Shown here in pieces: positions 58,320-64,000 of a stretch of DNA of 64,000 nt. This DNA comes from Alphaproteobacteria bacterium (GTDB lineage: Bacteria > Pseudomonadota > Alphaproteobacteria > UBA828). The notes beneath the pieces were generated by a model. The model saw only the letters and a list, made by a program, of their open reading frames with translations. It was not told the origin of the DNA and made no database searches. The stretch's first letter is position 1. Every line of letters starts with the position of its first letter. The translations under genes and the position numbers were made by a program. The stretch is taken from positions 32,001 through 96,000 of the forward strand of contig CBDEFM010000001.1 in NCBI GenBank assembly GCA_965237415.1, given 5' to 3'.

Positions 58320-59252
58320 ATGTCGGAATCGAAGGGAATCGCTTACTGCCAGGGACGCTACATGCCGATCGAGGAGGCGTCGATACCGATCCTCGACCCG
58401 GCCTTCCACAAGAGCGATGTGGTGTTCGACGCTGTCACGGTCTGCGATGGCGTCTTCTTCCGCCTCGACGACCATATGCAGCGCTTCTACGATTCGTGCG
58501 TGCATGTGCGGCTCACACCGCCGCTGCCTGACGCAGAAATCAGGCAGATCATGGCGCAGTGCGCCCACCGTGCAGGCTTCACGAATTCGATCGTCTATGT
58601 GCTTTGCACGCGCGGGCGCTACGCCGGCGGTGCCGCATTCGGCGATCCGCGTAACTCCGAAAACGAGCTGATCGCCTACGCGGTGCCCTATTACACCATC
58701 GTGCCTGAGCCGAAGGTGAAGTCGGGCGCGCATCTCTGGATCGCAAACACCCGCCGCGCACCGGACGCCGCCATCAACCAGCGGTGCAAGAACTTCAACC
58801 GGATGGACCTGACCGCCGCCCACTTCGAGGCGCTCGACAACGGCGCGGACCAGCCCGTTCTTCTCTCCACCGACGGCTACCTCACGGAAGGCCCCGGCTT
58901 CAACGTCTGGATCATCCGCGACGGCAAGGCGCTGACCCCCGGCGACAACCTGCTGGAGGGCATCACCCGCAAGACCGTGTTCGATCTCTGCCAGGACATT
59001 GGCATGGAGGCCGAGGCGGCCGATCTGAGGGCGGAAGACCTCGAAGAAGCCGGCGAGGCGTTCATCTCGTCCTCCGGCGGGGGCGTCATGCCGGTGGTCC
59101 GGGTCAACGACAAGTCCATCGGCAACGGCGCGCCCGGCATCACCACCGGCCGGCTTTCCGACCTCTACTGGTCGAAGCGCGCAGACGGCTGGCACGCGAC
59201 GCCGGTCGCCGACCTGTTGGAAGACGAAGAAGAGCAGGCGGCTAGCGCTTAA
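58320..59252 (+). CDS. Fold-type IV PLP aminotransferase, (R)-amine transaminase-like
   Basis: GVFFRLDDHMQRF, catalytic K in RCKNFN, LTEGPGFNV, LEGITRKTV, SSSGGGVMPV. Confidence 0.85.
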   Translation: MSESKGIAYCQGRYMPIEEASIPILDPAFHKSDVVFDAVTVCDGVFFRLDDHMQRFYDSCVHVRLTPPLPDAEIRQIMAQCAHRAGFTNSIVYVLCTRGRYAGGAAFGDPRNSENELIAYAVPYYTIVPEPKVKSGAHLWIANTRRAPDAAINQRCKNFNRMDLTAAHFEALDNGADQPVLLSTDGYLTEGPGFNVWIIRDGKALTPGDNLLEGITRKTVFDLCQDIGMEAEAADLRAEDLEEAGEAFISSSGGGVMPVVRVNDKSIGNGAPGITTGRLSDLYWSKRADGWHATPVADLLEDEEEQAASA

Positions 59253-59363
59253 GAGTTGTTTCGCTCACGGTAGCCGGCCTTCGGCCGGCGCCTCCGCGAG
59301 GGCGCCGCAGGAGCGGCGGGCCGCGGTCGCGGCCTACCGCGAGTCCGTCCCAGACGGACTCGC
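59253..59363. repeat. Multi-hairpin GTAG-headed REP/BIME-like element
   Basis: GTAG-CCGGCC-TTC-GGCCGG on plus strand, GTAG-GCCGCG-AC-CGCGGC on minus strand, plus GCGAGTCCGTC-CCA-GACGGACTCGC. Confidence 0.55.
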
Positions 59364-59379
59364 TCTGGAGGGTGCACCC

Positions 59380-60138
59380 TCACGCCGGGGCGCCGAGACG
59401 CTTCAGCGAGGCGGGCGCGACGGAGAAGATCTCGCCCCAGCCGGCGATGCGGCTCGGATCGACGCCGGCGAGCGCGAGCGTGCCCCAGAGCGCCGCCGCC
59501 ACGCTGTCGTAGACCGGGCGGCCGGCTTCCGCCTCCATCTGCGCGGCGTGGGGCGCGCCCTTCAGGTTCGTGCAGACGGCGGCGATCGCCTCCGGCTCGG
59601 CACCCACCACGGCGCGGATCATGTCTTCGGTCTCCGCCGCGGGGATCGTGGCGTACCCGAAGGTGTCGTCGCTGTCCAGATGGCGCTCGGCCACGCATTC
59701 GAAGCCCTCGCGTCGATAGGTCTCGATGATCGCCTCCTGCAACGCGTCCTCGAACGGCGTGACCAGGGCGAAGCGTTTGATTCCCCGGCTGCGGAAGAGC
59801 TCGGTCAGCGCCAGCGTCGCACTCGTCGCCGGAATGCCGGTCTCGCGCGCGATCGCTTCGCAGAGCCGGCGGTCGAAGTCAGGGCCGAGCCAGCTGCCGG
59901 CGGTGCCGTTCCAGCAGATGGCATGGACTCGGGCGTCCGCCAGCAAGCGCGCGGCGGCGAGCATGGGCTCATCGGCGAACTGAGACGTTGCGTCATCGCC
60001 GAGCGAAATATGGGTCACCCGCACCCGGCTGAAATGCGCGGTCACATCGGGCAGGTCGCTAAGCAGGGCATAGGTCACGGGCTCCAGCACCGTGTTGAGC
60101 GACGGCGTGATCATGCCGATACGCGTCTGGCTCTGCAT
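59380..60138 (-). CDS. Asp/Glu racemase - maleate isomerase family protein
   Basis: IGMITPSLNTVLEP, ICWNGTAGSW, AVCTNL, PVYDSV. Confidence 0.85.
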   Translation of the reverse strand: MQSQTRIGMITPSLNTVLEPVTYALLSDLPDVTAHFSRVRVTHISLGDDATSQFADEPMLAAARLLADARVHAICWNGTAGSWLGPDFDRRLCEAIARETGIPATSATLALTELFRSRGIKRFALVTPFEDALQEAIIETYRREGFECVAERHLDSDDTFGYATIPAAETEDMIRAVVGAEPEAIAAVCTNLKGAPHAAQMEAEAGRPVYDSVAAALWGTLALAGVDPSRIAGWGEIFSVAPASLKRLGAPA

Positions 60139-60169
60139 GGGTTGCTCCAGTCCGACGTTGCGTCTTCGG

Positions 60170-61735
60170 TCAGGGCGCGCTCACGCACGCATTGGGAGAC
60201 ATCACGTGAGCAACGCCTGTCGCGGTGCCGCTCTGCGGATCCCAAACGGCCGCGTTCGGGCAGGCATACGCCGACGGATGAACCCCGTGCGGCCGCACCG
60301 CGATCGCAAACCGCGCCTCCAACAGGGCAAGCGTCTCCGCCGGCAGCCTGGCATCGGCCTCGACGAGATCGGGGCCATCGACATTGATGCGCGGGCAGTG
60401 CGCGGCGTCGTCCGGGCTCATTCCGAAATCCGCGAGGAAGGAGAGCAGCTGCGCGACGGCGGGGAGGATACGGCGCCCGCCGGAGGCGCCGAGCGCCGCG
60501 CGCCGCCCGTCCGCAAGCTCGACGAGGGTGGGGCACATGTTGGAGAGCGGCCGCTTGCCGGGCGCGATCGAGTTGGGTCCGCCAGGCCGAGGGTCGAACC
60601 ACATGATCCCGTTGTTCATCAGGACCCCGGTCTGCGGCAGCATCACCTTGGCGCCGAAGGGAGAAAGCAGGGTCTGGGTCAGCGCGACCACGGTGCCGTC
60701 CCGGTCCGCGACGCCGAGATGGCTCGTGCAGGACGCAGGGTCCCCGCCGGTGCCCTCGCCCATGGCCCGGAGACGCTCGGCGTAGGCGGCGCGCAATGCC
60801 TCGGCGTAAGCCGCGTAGGCCTCGCCGCCGGGGGGCGCCGCGCCGGGGACGAGCGAGGCGGCGAGGCGGTTCAAGACATCGATCAGCGTCGGCCCTGCGG
60901 TCAGTCCCGGCGCGGTGCTGACCAGAGCATCGCCGTAGCGGGTCGCCGGGGCCTCCTCGACTTGGGCTTCGTAGTCCGCCAGATCGGTGTCCGTTAACCG
61001 GCCGCCGAGCGCCGCCATGTCGGCGCAAATGGCCCGCGCAATCTCGCCAGTATAGAAGTCGGCGGGCCCGGCCTCGGCGAGCCTCCGAAGCGTCTCCGCC
61101 AGCGATCCCAAGCGGATGCGGGGCGCGTCGCCGGTCCAGGGCGTGGCCTTTGGATAGCCATCCGCGAGATAGGTGGCGGCGCAGCCGGGGTTCTGCGTGA
61201 GCTCCGGCGCGGATGCCGCAATCGCGACGGTGGCATGCCAGTCCACCTCCATGCCCCGCTCGGCCAAAGCGCACGCGGGCGCCACGAGGTCGGCCCAGCC
61301 CCAACTGCCGAAGCGCTCGTGCGCCAACGCGAGGCCCGCGACCTGCCCCGGCACCGCGACCGCAAACGGACCGCGCGTGTTGCGGTCGCCCTTGACAGCC
61401 GGCCAGCCGAACAAGTCCGCGCCGGCCTCGCCGGTGAGCGGGTAGTCCGCCGGGTCCAATGCGCCGGGCGCCACCATCCCGAAGGAGACGGCATACGTCT
61501 GGGCCTCGACTGCGGGGCGAACGAGCATGTACCCGCCACCGCCGAGCCCGCTCATCCAGGGCTCGACCGTAGCCAGCGCAAGGCTCGCGGCGATGGCGGC
61601 GTCGACGGCATTGCCGCCGTCCGCCAGCACCCGCGCGCCGGCCTCGGACGCGGCCTGGTGCTGGGTCGCGACCACCCCTCCGCGGCTCGTCACCGCGGGC
61701 TTGCGGACGACCCAGCGTTCCGGATTCTCCGTCAC
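60170..61735 (-). CDS. Gamma-glutamyltransferase family (Ntn hydrolase)
   Basis: GGNAVDAAIA, EPWMSGLGGGG, CTSHLGVADRDG, NNGIMWFDP, PGKRPLSNM, GASGGRRI. Confidence 0.9.
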   Translation of the reverse strand: MTENPERWVVRKPAVTSRGGVVATQHQAASEAGARVLADGGNAVDAAIAASLALATVEPWMSGLGGGGYMLVRPAVEAQTYAVSFGMVAPGALDPADYPLTGEAGADLFGWPAVKGDRNTRGPFAVAVPGQVAGLALAHERFGSWGWADLVAPACALAERGMEVDWHATVAIAASAPELTQNPGCAATYLADGYPKATPWTGDAPRIRLGSLAETLRRLAEAGPADFYTGEIARAICADMAALGGRLTDTDLADYEAQVEEAPATRYGDALVSTAPGLTAGPTLIDVLNRLAASLVPGAAPPGGEAYAAYAEALRAAYAERLRAMGEGTGGDPASCTSHLGVADRDGTVVALTQTLLSPFGAKVMLPQTGVLMNNGIMWFDPRPGGPNSIAPGKRPLSNMCPTLVELADGRRAALGASGGRRILPAVAQLLSFLADFGMSPDDAAHCPRINVDGPDLVEADARLPAETLALLEARFAIAVRPHGVHPSAYACPNAAVWDPQSGTATGVAHVMSPNACVSAP

Positions 61736-61781
61736 CGCCGAAACTCAGGCCTGCCGCAGGGAGGGCCGGGCAGCACGAGTG

Positions 61782-63347
61782 CTACACGCTCTGCCAATCC
61801 GCGCTCTTCTCCAGCGCGTCGGCGACCTTGAGCACCGTGAGATCGTCGAAGTGGCGGCCCACGATCTGGCAGCCGATCGGCAGGTCGTCGCTCACCCCGC
61901 AGGGCACGCTGATCGCCGGATGGCCGGTCAGATTGAACTGCGGCGTGTTGTTGATCATGCTGAGCGCCCGCGACATGTACTCCCCGAAATCGGCATCCAG
62001 GCTCGGGATCGGCGCCGGCAGATGCGGAATGGTCGGCAGCACCAGCACGTCCACCTCGGCGAGCGCCTTGTCGTAGGCTTCGGTCAGCCGCCTGCGCTGG
62101 TTCTGCGCCTTCGCATAATAGGTGCCGTGGTAGTAGCGCTTGAGATACCCGCCGAGCAGGAGGACGTTCTTCACGGTCAACGGATAGTCGTTCTGGCGGG
62201 TGAGTGCGGCGCGGGACGCATGCTCCAGAAACTGGGTGTTGTAGTAGCCGAACCAGCCGGTGCCGACGCCGCCCGACTTGAGCATGAACTCGGTCGCGCC
62301 CTCGGCCGCGATGGCGAACCAGACCCTGAGCCCATGGTAATGCTGGGGCACCGAGACCTCGGTGACCGTGGCCCCACGCTCCTCCAGCCGCCGCACCGCG
62401 GCGCGCACCGCCTCGTCCACCGCCGGCTCGCTCCCCGGCAGGCCGAACTCGGGCCAGCTCTCGGTCGTCTGGCCGAAGCCTTCGCTGAGCACGCCGATGC
62501 GGATCCCTTCGCAGCCCGCGCCGATGGCCGGCATGTAGTCCTGCACATAATCCGCAGGGATCACGCCCCGCTGGCGCGGATCGAGGGGGTCGGGGCCAGC
62601 CAGCACCGAGAGCATGCGGGCCGTGTTCTCAACCGTGTTCGTCATAGGCCCGATGTGGTCGAGGGTCATGTCGATCGCGAGGCACCCGGTATAGGGAATG
62701 AGGCCGAAGGTCGCCTTGTGCCCGACCACGCCGCACCAGGAGGCGGGGATGCGGATCGAGCCGCCCTGATCGCCGCCGATGGCCATGGCCACGTCGCCGG
62801 CGGCGACCGCGGCGGCGCTCCCCTTCGACGAGCCGCCGGGCGCATGGGTGGGCTTGCGCGGATTGCGCACCGGGCCGTAGCCGCTGGTGTGGCCGCCGCC
62901 GGAGAAGGAGAAGTCCGCGCAGGCCGTCTTGCCGACGATGGTGGCGCCCGCGTCGAGCAGGCGGGTCACGATGGTGGCGTCGATGATGGGCACGTAGCCT
63001 TCGAGGGCGCGCGCGCCGTTCATCATCGGCAGGCCGGCCACGGAGACCACGTCCTTGATGCCGATCTCCTCGCCCGCGAGGGAACCCGAATCGGCGCCCT
63101 TGATCTCGGCTCGCCAGTACCAGGCGTTGTAGGGGTTCTCGTCGGGGTGCGGCCGGTAACCCGAGGTCCGCGGATAGGCGACGGCCGGGCGTTCCTCCGG
63201 CATGTCGTCGATGTGGCGCAGGCTCGCGATCGCGCCCCGCATGGCGTCCCGTTGGTTGGTGAGGTCGTCGAGCGTCATGTCGAGCCCAAAATCCTGGGCG
63301 ATTGCTGCGAGCTGATTGACGGAGGGAAGTTCCGGACCGCGCGACAT
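61782..63347 (-). CDS. Amidase signature family amidase
   Basis: ENPYNAWY, IKD, GGSSKGS, GGDQGGSIRIPASWCG (Lys-Ser-Ser triad). Confidence 0.92.
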   Translation of the reverse strand: MSRGPELPSVNQLAAIAQDFGLDMTLDDLTNQRDAMRGAIASLRHIDDMPEERPAVAYPRTSGYRPHPDENPYNAWYWRAEIKGADSGSLAGEEIGIKDVVSVAGLPMMNGARALEGYVPIIDATIVTRLLDAGATIVGKTACADFSFSGGGHTSGYGPVRNPRKPTHAPGGSSKGSAAAVAAGDVAMAIGGDQGGSIRIPASWCGVVGHKATFGLIPYTGCLAIDMTLDHIGPMTNTVENTARMLSVLAGPDPLDPRQRGVIPADYVQDYMPAIGAGCEGIRIGVLSEGFGQTTESWPEFGLPGSEPAVDEAVRAAVRRLEERGATVTEVSVPQHYHGLRVWFAIAAEGATEFMLKSGGVGTGWFGYYNTQFLEHASRAALTRQNDYPLTVKNVLLLGGYLKRYYHGTYYAKAQNQRRRLTEAYDKALAEVDVLVLPTIPHLPAPIPSLDADFGEYMSRALSMINNTPQFNLTGHPAISVPCGVSDDLPIGCQIVGRHFDDLTVLKVADALEKSADWQSV

Positions 63348-63488
63348 GGGGACCTCGTTCGTTTGGTGGGGGGCGGCCTCCGATCCTAGCCCGGATTTCT
63401 CACCACGGTCACGGCCCGCGTCGCGTCCCGCGCGTCTTCCGTCACCGAGCGCGGATGCACGATGCGAGCAGTACGTTAATTCTCATGC

Positions 63489-63542
63489 GGGATTCGGCGG
63501 GATTAAGTGGGATTAAGTGGGATGAATGGGACAAATGGGATT
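63489..63542 (+). repeat. Six phased GGGA repeats
   Basis: GGGA at 63489, 63499, 63509, 63519, 63528 and 63537. Confidence 0.8.
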
Positions 63543-63630
63543 CCGCGGGGCAGGCAGCGGCCGTCCTCGATAACGGTGGCGGCGACGGCGTCGCGCGGGC
63601 CTGAAAGGGACCGCACGCGGAACAATGTTC

Positions 63631-63696
63631 CGCACGCCCGCAGGGTCGTGCGTGCGGAAATATTGAGTCTCGCACGCTCGCAGGGTCGTGCGCGCG
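63631..63696. repeat. Two 26-nt self-complementary direct repeats, 40-nt period
   Basis: CGCACGCCCGCAGGGTCGTGCGTGCG (63631) and CGCACGCTCGCAGGGTCGTGCGCGCG (63671). Confidence 0.75.
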
Positions 63697-63940
63697 AAGT
63701 AGGGGCGCGCACGTGCGCTGCATGTTCTTGCACTGCATGGCTAAATGTTGGCGCGGACGGCACGCGCCGTGCACCGCACTATGATCCGGGGAGTTGGGAG
63801 GGAAGAGACCCTTCCCGTCCGCCCCCGCCCGACAGCGCTGGGCACGCCTGGCACCGATCCCGATGGCCGCGACCCTGGGCCGCGGCTACCATCGCAGGCG
63901 CACCATGCGGATGGACCGTGCGAACCGGGGCTGAAAGACC

Positions 63941-64000
63941 GTGACACCCGCGCCAAGGGCCGAGCGCCTGCGCGATCACTTCATCGGCTGGCAGTGCCGG
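63941..64000 (+). CDS. Hypothetical protein, 5' end only
   Basis: GTG then TPAPRAERLRDHFIGWQCR, open to the window edge. Confidence 0.45.
   Translation, partial: MTPAPRAERLRDHFIGWQCR

Noticed and set aside
63631-63696. Mini CRISPR array
   Set aside because: Only two repeats with a 14-nt spacer and no cas genes in the window.

Overview
High-GC alphaproteobacterial chromosome segment; PopZ, OlsBA, LpxI, Coq7 and alpha-type Fur suggest a Rhodospirillales-like host (inference). Most of the window is housekeeping: valS-popZ, ilvD, metC, fur-olsB-olsA, tsaB-rimI, nfu-usp-TIGR02186-tauE-trpS-murJ-glnD, and rseP-bamA-skp-lpxD-fabZ-lpxA-lpxI-lpxB. It also holds an apparently imported Entner-Doudoroff operon (zwf-pgl-edd-pgi-eda) and several catabolic genes. 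The main accessory region (~3.65-11.6 kb) is an integrated mobilisation module. It has an AT-richer hairpin region, three translationally coupled ribbon-helix-helix paralogues and a small ORF. These are followed by a 1672-aa MOBF relaxase-helicase whose last ~700 aa are four copies of a ~160-190 aa helical repeat I cannot assign to any family. The module ends in a deletion scar that truncates a GmrSD-like nuclease and a ketopantoate-reductase-like gene back to back. Other notable signals: rimI lacks its stop codon and reads antisense through all of olsA at an apparent inversion breakpoint; a 133-bp CTAG-flanked MITE; a GTAG-headed REP/BIME-like element; six phased GGGA repeats; and a divergent (R)-amine-transaminase-like enzyme. 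No rRNA, tRNA or CRISPR array was seen. All family calls come from motif recognition by eye, not from database searches.
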